From the IMG/VR virus record IMGVR_UViG_3300042691_025398, positions 119,814-183,813 of that record: a DNA stretch of 64,000 nt, one strand, 5' to 3'. This document shows, piece by piece, positions 53,853 to 62,623 of this stretch (the stretch's first letter is position 1; each line of letters opens with the position of its first letter). Origin of the DNA: a virus. Taxonomy: Duplodnaviria; Heunggongvirae; Uroviricota; Caudoviricetes. A program made the translations under genes and the position numbers. The notes below the pieces were generated by a model, which saw only the letters and a list, made by a program, of their open reading frames with translations, had not been told where the DNA came from and ran no database searches.

Positions 53853-54484
53853 CGAGTGATATCACTTGCGCGACCTGTTGCTTGCAGCGTCGCACGTGGC
53901 TGTAGACTGGCATTGGCAGTGGCATGCGGTACATCTTGCCAGTCAAACCAGTGAAAATCCCCGGCCTGCCAGTGTGTGTATTGATAGGTTCCATAGCAGT
54001 AAAACTGTCCAGGTTGCCAATCCTCCAGCATGATCACAAATCTATACACATCAGCAGGGTCATCTGCATACTCATACAGCTTGTCTATGTGCCAGTTAAA
54101 CATCTGCCCGGTGCGCTGCACATGAATTTGACTGCGCACCGGATCTAGACCAAACCAATTGACCATGCGCTGCAAAGTGGGAAACTGTGCAACATCATCC
54201 ACACGGTCCGTGAGCACTAGATCCGGATCCGCACCAGCGCGATCTAGGTCCAGCAGTTCTTGAGCCAGCATGGGACTTTGTCGCTGTTCACCAAGATAGT
54301 TTTTGCGATTACTCCAGGTCACTGAATGTGTTTGTGAAATAGCAGCGGCTACTTCTGCTTGCCAGTCGCCCTCAAATCTGCCCATGTGATGAACATAGTC
54401 ACTGGCCCGATCGCGACGACGCAGGTCCCAGTGATATCTGCTGCGCTCGCGGCACCATTCAAAACTACTTTGCATCCGGTGCAC
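53810..54484 (-). CDS. 2OG-Fe(II)/cupin-fold oxygenase-like protein
   Basis: FNWHID and PHATAN; paralog of 12218-12751. Confidence 0.6.
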   Translation of the reverse strand: MHRMQSSFEWCRERSRYHWDLRRRDRASDYVHHMGRFEGDWQAEVAAAISQTHSVTWSNRKNYLGEQRQSPMLAQELLDLDRAGADPDLVLTDRVDDVAQFPTLQRMVNWFGLDPVRSQIHVQRTGQMFNWHIDKLYEYADDPADVYRFVIMLEDWQPGQFYCYGTYQYTHWQAGDFHWFDWQDVPHATANASLQPRATLQATGRASDITRQRVSGIWLDPVLV

Positions 54485-55106
54485 CTAACACTTTCACAGA
54501 CACATCATGATATTCATAGATCTGTTTATAACTGGTGTCAGTTGGACAAGCAATGCCCAGCAGGTCACACAGTTCATGACTGTTTGCAGGCTCCATGCCT
54601 GGAAGATTGCGCCAGGCCATGCTGATGTCCCCGTTTTGTCGATCGATACGTTCGGCCATCACACGCAGGTTTTTGTAATAGGCTGAGTAATCTGGATAGG
54701 TGATGTCAAAATGTCCGCAGCGCACCCACCAACCCAGGCAAGCATCATCCGCACGATGCACCAGGATAATTGGGCAGTCGGGCCAATTTCTGCGTAAAAA
54801 ATCTATATGATGCGCAAACACATGGCTTCTAATAATACGTATGCCCCGGCCCGAAAATGGTCTATCAAATTCCTGCTCACATTCCTCTTGAGAATATTCA
54901 TTTATGCAATTGAACCAATCGCCAAATTCCATGCCCGGATCAAAATAACTGCCTAAATGCATGAGATCCAAATGACCACTGGCATCATGATAATAGGTGC
55001 GAGCATGTGTGAAATCTGACCGATCAATGTCTGCACTGTAGTAGATGTTTTTGATCACCGAGCTCCATTTTGAACCCGGTGCACCTGCGACAAAAATATA
55101 TTTCAT
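54465..55106 (-). CDS. sulfotransferase-like P-loop protein
   Basis: FVAGAPGSKWSSV, IIRSH and IILVHR. Confidence 0.5.
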   Translation of the reverse strand: MKYIFVAGAPGSKWSSVIKNIYYSADIDRSDFTHARTYYHDASGHLDLMHLGSYFDPGMEFGDWFNCINEYSQEECEQEFDRPFSGRGIRIIRSHVFAHHIDFLRRNWPDCPIILVHRADDACLGWWVRCGHFDITYPDYSAYYKNLRVMAERIDRQNGDISMAWRNLPGMEPANSHELCDLLGIACPTDTSYKQIYEYHDVSVKVLGAPDAK

Positions 55107-55957
55107 TTCAAGCCCATTTTAGCTCTAATATCAGTGGCACTGATACTGGTCACGGATTCATCAAACTGTTCCTCACCTGCGCTGTACCCCACACCACGGC
55201 CCCAGCCTATGTGCACAATGTTAGGTACCAATTGAATTTCGTACTGTCCTTGATAAACAGGATCTAGATCTCTACGAATCAATTCACTCACTTGCTCAAA
55301 GGAAAATGGATTTGATCCCTGCCAGCCTTGCGCATCACGTATTTGAATCATTACCTGACCTGTGCGAGCGATCAAGCGTTCGAACAGTGCACGATGTCCC
55401 TCATGCCAAGGCTGCCAACGTCCCAGCATCTGCACAGTTTCTTTACGCCAGTCAAATCGGGGTCTGCGACGATTGTCTAGAACGTGCTGCCCAACAAATT
55501 CCACCCAGCGTTCGGCATTTTTTTCTGTGATTCTAAAATCATACATGTTGGGTGCAACAAACACTTGATTGGTATCCTCATAGCGTCCTGCATCTATGGT
55601 GTCAATCCATATGGTCCAGTCTGCCTTGTAGTTTGCTCGCATCTCAGGCAAGGGCGCCACAAAGTCGCAGATCACATAATCGCCAGAGCTCTTTAGAGCA
55701 AATTCAAACATGCGTAGACTCTGTCGAATACGCCCGTCACGACTGAAATCCCAGTCATTGAATCTGCGACGTATTTCGTCTGCATTAAACCAGTCCACTT
55801 CCACTGCAGGATCACCGGGCCAATTTTCCATGGCCATGATGCGACTGGCATCAATATTCTGTATGGTACCGTGAGTTTCTAAATAGTTTTTTAAACGTTC
55901 AGCAAAATAGGTTTTGCCTGCACCGGGCAAGCCCATGATCAATATTCTTTGTGCCAT
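55103..55957 (-). CDS. adenylylsulfate kinase (CysC-like) fused to an HxGH nucleotidyltransferase
   Basis: GLPGAGKT, NADEIR...DFSRDGRIRQ and CDFVAP; C-domain LGRWQPWHEGH and ISATDIR. Confidence 0.75.
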   Translation of the reverse strand: MAQRILIMGLPGAGKTYFAERLKNYLETHGTIQNIDASRIMAMENWPGDPAVEVDWFNADEIRRRFNDWDFSRDGRIRQSLRMFEFALKSSGDYVICDFVAPLPEMRANYKADWTIWIDTIDAGRYEDTNQVFVAPNMYDFRITEKNAERWVEFVGQHVLDNRRRPRFDWRKETVQMLGRWQPWHEGHRALFERLIARTGQVMIQIRDAQGWQGSNPFSFEQVSELIRRDLDPVYQGQYEIQLVPNIVHIGWGRGVGYSAGEEQFDESVTSISATDIRAKMGLK

Positions 55958-55958
55958 T

Positions 55959-56651
55959 TTATTTTTCCTTTAATCTTTCAATGATTCTTTCAGCAAAAGG
56001 CCTGCGGCCCGCGCGAATGGTATCATCAAGCCAATGATGATCCACAGCCTGTACATATTTTAAATTGGGAGATTGATTCAATTGGTGATTCCAGTTTTGC
56101 AAGTCCACTGGAAAATCCAAGGTGCGTGCCAGATATTCCACATAATTCTGCTGCCACATGAACAGGCTTTCATGTGAAACAAAATGCACAGGTATGCTGT
56201 TTGCTTTCATTACACTGATTAAAGCACGATAATGAGTCATGGCGTCTACTATAGTGGCTTCTCCGCCCACTCGTTTTTGCTGTTCAAAATTAATTCCATA
56301 ATCACGACACACAATGGCCACTGTTACAGCTATTCCTGCTGCCTGTGATTTTAACGCCACGTCCGCAATTCGGGGAAATTGTCTCACGCCATCATAGAAA
56401 AATGGCGCACTCACATTGGCTAGAAAATATTCACCTTGGGCCATGACCGTGACGGGATCAAATCGTTCAGGATAAACCCAATATTCAGCAAAGGGCTCTT
56501 GATCACTGGGCACCCAATAGCGTTCTTTCAATGCCTCCCATCCATTTACCAAGGGATGCATGCTGAATATTCGTGAAAACAAATGATTTCCCGAGCCCTG
56601 TGGCCCAGTGAGTATCAAGAGTCGTTTATCGTGCGTAGCGTTGTTGGCCAA
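55959..56651 (-). CDS. sulfotransferase-like P-loop protein
   Basis: ILTGPQGSGNHLF, IVCRD and FVSHESL. Confidence 0.55.
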   Translation of the reverse strand: MANNATHDKRLLILTGPQGSGNHLFSRIFSMHPLVNGWEALKERYWVPSDQEPFAEYWVYPERFDPVTVMAQGEYFLANVSAPFFYDGVRQFPRIADVALKSQAAGIAVTVAIVCRDYGINFEQQKRVGGEATIVDAMTHYRALISVMKANSIPVHFVSHESLFMWQQNYVEYLARTLDFPVDLQNWNHQLNQSPNLKYVQAVDHHWLDDTIRAGRRPFAERIIERLKEK

Positions 56652-57288
56652 TGTAGGTCCTGATTTTTAAAGGATTCACTTCGTCTGTGGGACCGGTGCC
56701 AGAGTCTGGAGCAAACACAAACAGCACAACATCTTGATCGTAAGGGCAACGGAAATTGTGCAGTACATTGCGCTGCATGAAAAATACACTGCCTTGATTA
56801 AGTTCAAATTCACTGGTATCTAGTTCAACCAGTCCACGCCCTTTTAGCACCATGCCCACACGATGGCTAGGATGTGTATGCAGTGTTTGGCTCATGCCTG
56901 CAGGAAAATGCACGTAATTGATCACAGGGTCACCTAGGCGGCCTGGATTTATAGCAGTGGTATTTGTACCACCATCTATATAACTGAGATTGCCCATGTC
57001 CAAGACGTCCTGTACATAATATCTACTTTCAAGCAAATGCAAACCACGATACCAAATTACCGCAGCGGTACCATAACCTGTTTTGATAGTAAAATGATTG
57101 TTAACCGCAAATGCTGCATTTACATTTTCAAACTTGACATTGTCTGCATAATATGACGAATTCTCAAGCATGATATAGTATGTGCCGTCGGTGGCATCAA
57201 ACGCACGACTTTCTCCGGGCTCTAGTTTGGTTATTTTCAAGGGCCAACGGTCCTGGGTGGCAAATGTGCCTTTTACATCGATCATCAT
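56626..57288 (-). CDS. cupin-domain protein
   Basis: QTLHTHPSHRVG.V..G.G and VLHNF metal-binding cupin motifs. Confidence 0.75.
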   Translation of the reverse strand: MMIDVKGTFATQDRWPLKITKLEPGESRAFDATDGTYYIMLENSSYYADNVKFENVNAAFAVNNHFTIKTGYGTAAVIWYRGLHLLESRYYVQDVLDMGNLSYIDGGTNTTAINPGRLGDPVINYVHFPAGMSQTLHTHPSHRVGMVLKGRGLVELDTSEFELNQGSVFFMQRNVLHNFRCPYDQDVVLFVFAPDSGTGPTDEVNPLKIRTYIGQQRYAR

Positions 57289-57833
57289 AATTTCATCACC
57301 TGTTGTATTTCTGCTGGAATAAATGGATTTTTCATACGCTCAGGATGCCATATGATCCCGGCTAACAAACCATCAATCCAGGCTTCGCAATTGCCATCAT
57401 CATCTGTTGCTAGAACCTGTGCAGCATGATGTGTTCGCTGAATGGTTTGATCATGATGGCTGTTCACCGGAATGCGTCTACCTGCGTAGTTCACTTCGTG
57501 CACAGTGTCACTGTGACCATCAGTGCCTACTATCATGCCTCCCAGCACATCTGTGAGCAACATGGCTCCATGGCAGATGCCCAGAATTGGCTTGTGACTT
57601 TGCATCATGATAGTGGCAACTCTTAGTTCGGTCCGTCTGCGTAGAGCACTGTCGTCTCCGCCTGTGATTATAAGACAGTCCAGGGCATCGCACAAGTCTT
57701 CAGGACTTTGTGTTATAGTGTTTGGAATAAAAACAAGCTTATGACCATCTAGAAACTCATACCATGCATGTTCTAGTGCGTCATAAGCTCGACCTTTGTG
57801 ATAAAGGACTCGTTGTGTAAGTCCTATTCGCAA
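57285..57833 (-). CDS. class I glutamine amidotransferase-like hydrolase (peptidase C26, PuuD-like)
   Basis: LIITGGDD, ILGICHG (nucleophile Cys), VNSHHDQ and WHPE. TTG start at 57833, 1 nt after the upstream stop. Confidence 0.8.
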   Translation of the reverse strand: MRIGLTQRVLYHKGRAYDALEHAWYEFLDGHKLVFIPNTITQSPEDLCDALDCLIITGGDDSALRRRTELRVATIMMQSHKPILGICHGAMLLTDVLGGMIVGTDGHSDTVHEVNYAGRRIPVNSHHDQTIQRTHHAAQVLATDDDGNCEAWIDGLLAGIIWHPERMKNPFIPAEIQQVMKL

Positions 57834-57834
57834 T

Positions 57835-58533
57835 TTACCAACCGTAGGCTTCGGCCACCAACTCACGCCCAGATTCAGCAGCAGTGGTGTTGCGGCATGA
57901 AATTTCATAAAGATCACGACGCATCGCAGCAACCAATTGCTCAATACGTGCTTGCTCTTCTGGGGTTTCAACCAATTGTGCTAGTTTACGTGCGCCGATC
58001 TTGCTGTGAAATCCTTCATCACGTGCGATCTTGGCATAGCGGCTGGCAATGTATTGATCTTGAATGCAGTCGGCCATTTCGTTCCATACAGCTTCTGCAC
58101 GACCTTCAGCCACCAGCTGATATGCTGCAAGAGCGGCTGCATCATCTTGTGCGCCATACTTTTCCAACAGGCCAGCACCTTTTGCAGTGGGCCGGGCTGT
58201 TTCTTGAGCAATAGCAGCGTCAACATCAATTTCATGACCTTGAATGTGCTCGATAACTTCTTTTACCATGCGGAAGTGCAGGGCCTCGTCCAGCGCCTGT
58301 TGAGCCAACAGTTGCAGTTCAACTGGGTCAGTGTCTGCGGGCATGTTTGCAATGGCCTGGCTGATTTCAACCATGTTCATGCGCTCGTTCACCATGCGGC
58401 CAATAAAGTGTTCTACCAGTTCTTCTTGACTGGGGCTGCTCTCAAAATACGCACGTACATTGTGACGGCTGGCCTCAAATAGAGCTGAATTTTCGGCGCG
58501 AAGCTTTTCTACGAATTGTTTTCCTGTTAACAT
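57835..58533 (-). CDS. ferritin-like di-iron protein
   Basis: Two E...DExxH motifs (NER..., DEALH; AEG..., DEGFH). ATG at 58533 with AGGAG SD. Confidence 0.8.
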   Translation of the reverse strand: MLTGKQFVEKLRAENSALFEASRHNVRAYFESSPSQEELVEHFIGRMVNERMNMVEISQAIANMPADTDPVELQLLAQQALDEALHFRMVKEVIEHIQGHEIDVDAAIAQETARPTAKGAGLLEKYGAQDDAAALAAYQLVAEGRAEAVWNEMADCIQDQYIASRYAKIARDEGFHSKIGARKLAQLVETPEEQARIEQLVAAMRRDLYEISCRNTTAAESGRELVAEAYGW

Positions 58534-58624
58534 GATTTCTCCTAGGATATATATGTGGAAACACAAGAGGGACAAAAAATATTGCTTTGTGTGAAAATAT
58601 TTAGTCCAGGAAAGAAAAAAATCC

Positions 58625-59365
58625 ATGAATAGTAAAATTTTTCGTTTGATCGTACAAAATCTCACGCACAGTTTTGGTCTGGCTAGATATCAGGGTCTGG
58701 TACAAAACCTTGGTGAAAGAACTCTGGTGCATGAACTGCCCTGGACTCCGGCTAGATATAAAAAATTCAAGATCGCAGTGGAAACAGAATTGCAGTTGAA
58801 TCATGACTTTGTGGGCACCATCAGTGACATCGTGCATGATCTTGACACCAGATACAGTGCAAGATTTTTTGGCGAAATTTGGAAACCGCGCACAGATGAA
58901 TACAGCTACACCGGCTGGGCCTTGGCTGACGAAATCAACAAACGCGATCCTCGATCCGTGTTGGACGTGGGCTGTGGTTATCATCCGTTCAAAGGACGTA
59001 TTCCCAATTTAATTGGAATTGACCCTTATAATAATTGTGCTGATTATCAAGTGGACATACTGGAATATCGAGTTCCGGCCAACAGCCATGATCATATAAT
59101 TGCACTGGGATCAATTAATTTCAACAGTCGTGAGGATATTGCTGCTAGAATTTCACACTGTGTGAATTTGTTAGAACCAGGTGGACACATGTACATGCGA
59201 GTTAATCCAGGAATCGCTCATGCAGCAGGTCCTTATGTGGATATTTTTCCCTGGGATTTTGAAACGGTGAAACAGTTTGAAACTGAATTTAATTTAAGAT
59301 TAGAAACCTTTAAAAAAGACGCCAATCAGCGTCTTTATTTTGAATACACCAAATTATCTACGTAG
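58625..59365 (+). CDS. class I methyltransferase with N-terminal helical domain
   Basis: VLDVGCGY, GIDPY and LLEPGG. Confidence 0.8.
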   Translation: MNSKIFRLIVQNLTHSFGLARYQGLVQNLGERTLVHELPWTPARYKKFKIAVETELQLNHDFVGTISDIVHDLDTRYSARFFGEIWKPRTDEYSYTGWALADEINKRDPRSVLDVGCGYHPFKGRIPNLIGIDPYNNCADYQVDILEYRVPANSHDHIIALGSINFNSREDIAARISHCVNLLEPGGHMYMRVNPGIAHAAGPYVDIFPWDFETVKQFETEFNLRLETFKKDANQRLYFEYTKLST

Positions 59366-59683
59366 CATGCCAGCAAGTTCTTGCATGCGTTGCATCACTC
59401 GTTCTTCAAGTTCTGCCTGTTGATTTTGCAGTTGAGTCGTGTTGCTGGCTGGCTGTGCATTGGTCTGCCCAAGCTGAGCGTTGGCCTGTTGAGCCTGTGC
59501 TTGTGCGGGACCAGTTGGCTGTGGCTTGCCAGTCATGGCACTGGGTTTGGGTTCGGCTACCACGGCCTTGGCAGCATCACCTGACGTGTCCACTTGAGCT
59601 GGCAATCCCACTCCGCCTGCACCAGGCAATTTTCCTGGTGGCTGTGTGGTAGTCTGTTCGGTTATGAGATCAAATAATAGCAT
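59354..59683 (-). CDS. low-complexity Gln/Pro/Ala-rich protein
   Basis: MLLFDLITE leader; C-terminal LEERVMQRMQELAG. Confidence 0.7.
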   Translation of the reverse strand: MLLFDLITEQTTTQPPGKLPGAGGVGLPAQVDTSGDAAKAVVAEPKPSAMTGKPQPTGPAQAQAQQANAQLGQTNAQPASNTTQLQNQQAELEERVMQRMQELAGMLRR

Positions 59684-59684
59684 T

Positions 59685-60227
59685 TTATATTCCAGCTGCG
59701 TTTTGTAACTGCTTCATTAACCTATCACGTTCAAAAATAGGTTTGGCATCAAGACCTGCACGTTGACGCCATTCATTTAGATCATTTTCTTTTTGGCTTC
59801 TATAAGCAGCAGGTGTCAAGGGCACCTGACTGTCAAATTCATCGCGACTGAACGGAGTTTCTTTGCCTTCATAGTGCATGGTCCAATCACGGGTTTTGAA
59901 TTCGGTTAGAGTCTCAAGATCGCGCAGAATTTCTTCTATGTGTGCGCCTGCGTTGCTTCTACGCATCATTTCAATGTACACAAGATATCTATTGGGTTTG
60001 ATTTCACCCGGACTGCGATCTGCATCTATGATATAATCATAGCCTTTTTCAAACCAGTTCATGAGATCTTTTGCTGCCTGTTGATCGCGCACATAAAAAC
60101 TGATCACAATCACGTCATCATCGTCGCCCATTTTACTGGCAAATTCATCAATGTGAATACTGGGCTTGAGCAAGCCCACGAGATCTTTGTATTCCAAGCT
60201 TTCAAAAATTGGTTGTATATTAGACAC
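59685..60227 (-). CDS. hypothetical protein
   Basis: 180-aa coupled ORF. Confidence 0.8.
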   Translation of the reverse strand: MSNIQPIFESLEYKDLVGLLKPSIHIDEFASKMGDDDDVIVISFYVRDQQAAKDLMNWFEKGYDYIIDADRSPGEIKPNRYLVYIEMMRRSNAGAHIEEILRDLETLTEFKTRDWTMHYEGKETPFSRDEFDSQVPLTPAAYRSQKENDLNEWRQRAGLDAKPIFERDRLMKQLQNAAGI

Positions 60228-60816
60228 CTAGTGCTCCCATGCCGCCTGCTTGTGGCTGCATCTGTGCTGCCATTTGATTGGCAGGTGCAGCGGCTTTGTC
60301 TTGATACTGCTCTTGATCTAGATCATCTTCATAGGCTTGATCAAGATCTGCTAGATCAATGTCTTCATCTTCAAATTCCACAGAACCGGTGCGTATGTCA
60401 CTGATCAAGGCCTTGGGCATGGTGATCTCTACCAGCCACACTGGTTTTTCAATTATGCGGGCTTTTTTGGTGCCGGGTATGTAATCCGCAGGCTCTTCAA
60501 TTTTGATTGGAATCTTGATGCGAGTTTTTTTGTATTCCACTGTGCAGTCAAAAGGCAACAGTCTACGTGCGCCTCTTGGGTCAGGCATGAGCTTTTCGGG
60601 CCACATGAATATGCAGCTCACAGAATACTTTGAAACTTCGGGACCTTGTACCAGTTCACCCAGTTTCCAATTGCGAAAAGCATAGATATCCATTTCATCC
60701 AGCACACGCTCAAAATCCAACAGTGTTAGCAGACTGTTCTGACTAACATAGATATTTTTAATGTTCTGAGCTACATTCCAATAGTCAGTGTGATCTTTAA
60801 AAAGGTCTTTGTCCAT
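60220..60816 (-). CDS. hypothetical protein
   Basis: 198-aa ORF with TAAATA 5 nt upstream. Confidence 0.8.
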   Translation of the reverse strand: MDKDLFKDHTDYWNVAQNIKNIYVSQNSLLTLLDFERVLDEMDIYAFRNWKLGELVQGPEVSKYSVSCIFMWPEKLMPDPRGARRLLPFDCTVEYKKTRIKIPIKIEEPADYIPGTKKARIIEKPVWLVEITMPKALISDIRTGSVEFEDEDIDLADLDQAYEDDLDQEQYQDKAAAPANQMAAQMQPQAGGMGALGV

Positions 60817-60977
60817 ATATCTATTTATTGCGTCTGTGAGGTAGTGGGGTTTTTGAAAAATGCAGAGATAAGCTGTTTACTTATGCTAGAGATTGGATGA
60901 ATTCATCAGTATAGATTCCGCTGTTAGACTATCTAAATACTCATGGAGGTAGCGACATGTTCAAAGGAGGATTTGAT

Positions 60978-61715
60978 TTGTCTAGAGCACGTGGAGCGAA
61001 AGCTCAAAAACGCATGGAAGTGGTGGTGCAAAATGAAACAAATGTTAGTTATTTTCCCAATCAACGCAGTCAAAATCGCACAGTAGAACTGCGTCCCAAA
61101 ACACTCAATCAAGAACGTCTGGTTGTGAGCTTGCTAGATGAACAAACGCCCATAGTGGTCACTGTGGGACCAGCAGGCACAGGCAAAACCTATCTAACCA
61201 TGTTAGCAGCCATAAGAGCACTGCGCACACAACAGGTGGAACGCTTGGTACTCACAAGACCTGCTGTGGGTGTTGAAGATGAAAAACATGGATTTTTGCC
61301 TGGTAATCTCACAGCCAAAATGGAGCCTTGGACCAAGCCCTTGTTTGATGTACTACACGAATACTATCATCCAAGAGACATTCAGCGCATGGTTGATGAT
61401 CAAGTGATTGAAATCGCCCCTCTTGCCTACATGCGTGGTCGCACGTTCAAGCGCAGTTGGATCATTGCAGATGAAATGCAAAATGCCACCCCAGCACAGT
61501 TTAAAATGCTACTCACACGCATAGGAGAAGATTCAAAAATCACAGTCACGGGTGACGCGGAACAAGCAGACCGAAATATCCATAGCAACGGCCTATTGGA
61601 TCTTTGCACTAGATTGCAAACGCAAGGAGTTCAAGGTCTATCATTGATAGAAATGGGTACCCGCGATATTCGACGTCACCCAATCATTGGCGACATACTG
61701 GAGTTGTACTCATAA
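60978..61715 (+). CDS. phoH: PhoH-family ATPase
   Basis: GPAGTGKT, LTRP, GFLPG, RGRTF, DEMQN and GD..Q. TTG start 7 nt after AGGAGG. Confidence 0.92.
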   Translation: MSRARGAKAQKRMEVVVQNETNVSYFPNQRSQNRTVELRPKTLNQERLVVSLLDEQTPIVVTVGPAGTGKTYLTMLAAIRALRTQQVERLVLTRPAVGVEDEKHGFLPGNLTAKMEPWTKPLFDVLHEYYHPRDIQRMVDDQVIEIAPLAYMRGRTFKRSWIIADEMQNATPAQFKMLLTRIGEDSKITVTGDAEQADRNIHSNGLLDLCTRLQTQGVQGLSLIEMGTRDIRRHPIIGDILELYS

Positions 61716-61722
61716 GTAACTG

Positions 61723-62349
61723 ATGTTCAATTCCAGTGTAGTAGTACTAACACCGGGCCGCACTGGTTCGGTGTTATTAGCAGGTCATCTAGCAAGAAAA
61801 AAATTTGGAAGCTTTATAGTGCATCTCCAAACTTTTGAAGACATAGATAAAATTCAATGGCTACGTAATGTTCCCAGTGTGTTTCACAGTCACAACAATT
61901 TCAGTGTGCAAGAATTGGATTATGTCACGCCCATATTCAGTGTGCGTAAAAATCTTGTGGAGGCCTTGATTTCGCATGCATTGTCCAATCATCTAGATCA
62001 ATGGCATCTATCTCGAAATGATCAAAGACCAAACTTTGATCCTGTTACACTGTCATTTGCCGAAGTGAATGCGGTATTTCAGAGTCAGCAGTCTTGGTTT
62101 GATTTTAATATCAAACAGCTGACCCCTCACAGCCTTGTTGCAGTGTATGAAGTATTGATTGATATTTTGCCTGCTGACCAAGCTCAATACTCAAGGATCT
62201 ATCCTGACAAGCAGCAACTGATCATGAACTATCAACAGATACTGGAATATGTTCAGTCTATGATTCCACAACAGATGTGGGATCAGCATGGGGAGTTTTG
62301 TGACTATCCGGCTCGGGTAGGTGCTCCTCGGCTTTATCAGTATCTATGA
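61723..62349 (+). CDS. sulfotransferase-like P-loop protein
   Basis: VLTPGRTGSVLL, FHSH, SVRKNLVE and AVYE. Confidence 0.55.
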   Translation: MFNSSVVVLTPGRTGSVLLAGHLARKKFGSFIVHLQTFEDIDKIQWLRNVPSVFHSHNNFSVQELDYVTPIFSVRKNLVEALISHALSNHLDQWHLSRNDQRPNFDPVTLSFAEVNAVFQSQQSWFDFNIKQLTPHSLVAVYEVLIDILPADQAQYSRIYPDKQQLIMNYQQILEYVQSMIPQQMWDQHGEFCDYPARVGAPRLYQYL

Positions 62350-62623
62350 TCATTTCACGACCGTTCTCCTGGTGCAGTCGCTCAAACACATGTTTATAGT
62401 GCTGTAGATAGTAGTCGTGCACGGTATTCCATTCGCGAGAACCAATCTCTCCACTGATAGTGCACTTAACCACTTGCATTTCTTTGAAGTCTAGAATCAC
62501 ACTAGCACACTGAATGTCTTTTGTGCGCAGTCTGCGACTGACTTCTACGTTTTCGTCATAGCCACCTTGGGGACGGCTGCGAGTGATGGGTTTTTGATAG
62601 TATGTAACAACAAAGTATCTCAT
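62258..62623 (-). CDS. hypothetical protein
   Basis: 121-aa ORF coupled to the clamp loader gene. Confidence 0.7.
   Translation of the reverse strand: MRYFVVTYYQKPITRSRPQGGYDENVEVSRRLRTKDIQCASVILDFKEMQVVKCTISGEIGSREWNTVHDYYLQHYKHVFERLHQENGREMIIDTDKAEEHLPEPDSHKTPHADPTSVVES

Noticed and set aside
57833-57971. N-terminal extensions given by the track for several ORFs (e.g. 57285-57971, 57835-58665, 754-1296)
   Set aside because: They overlap neighbours. Internal starts with an SD or stop/start coupling fit better.
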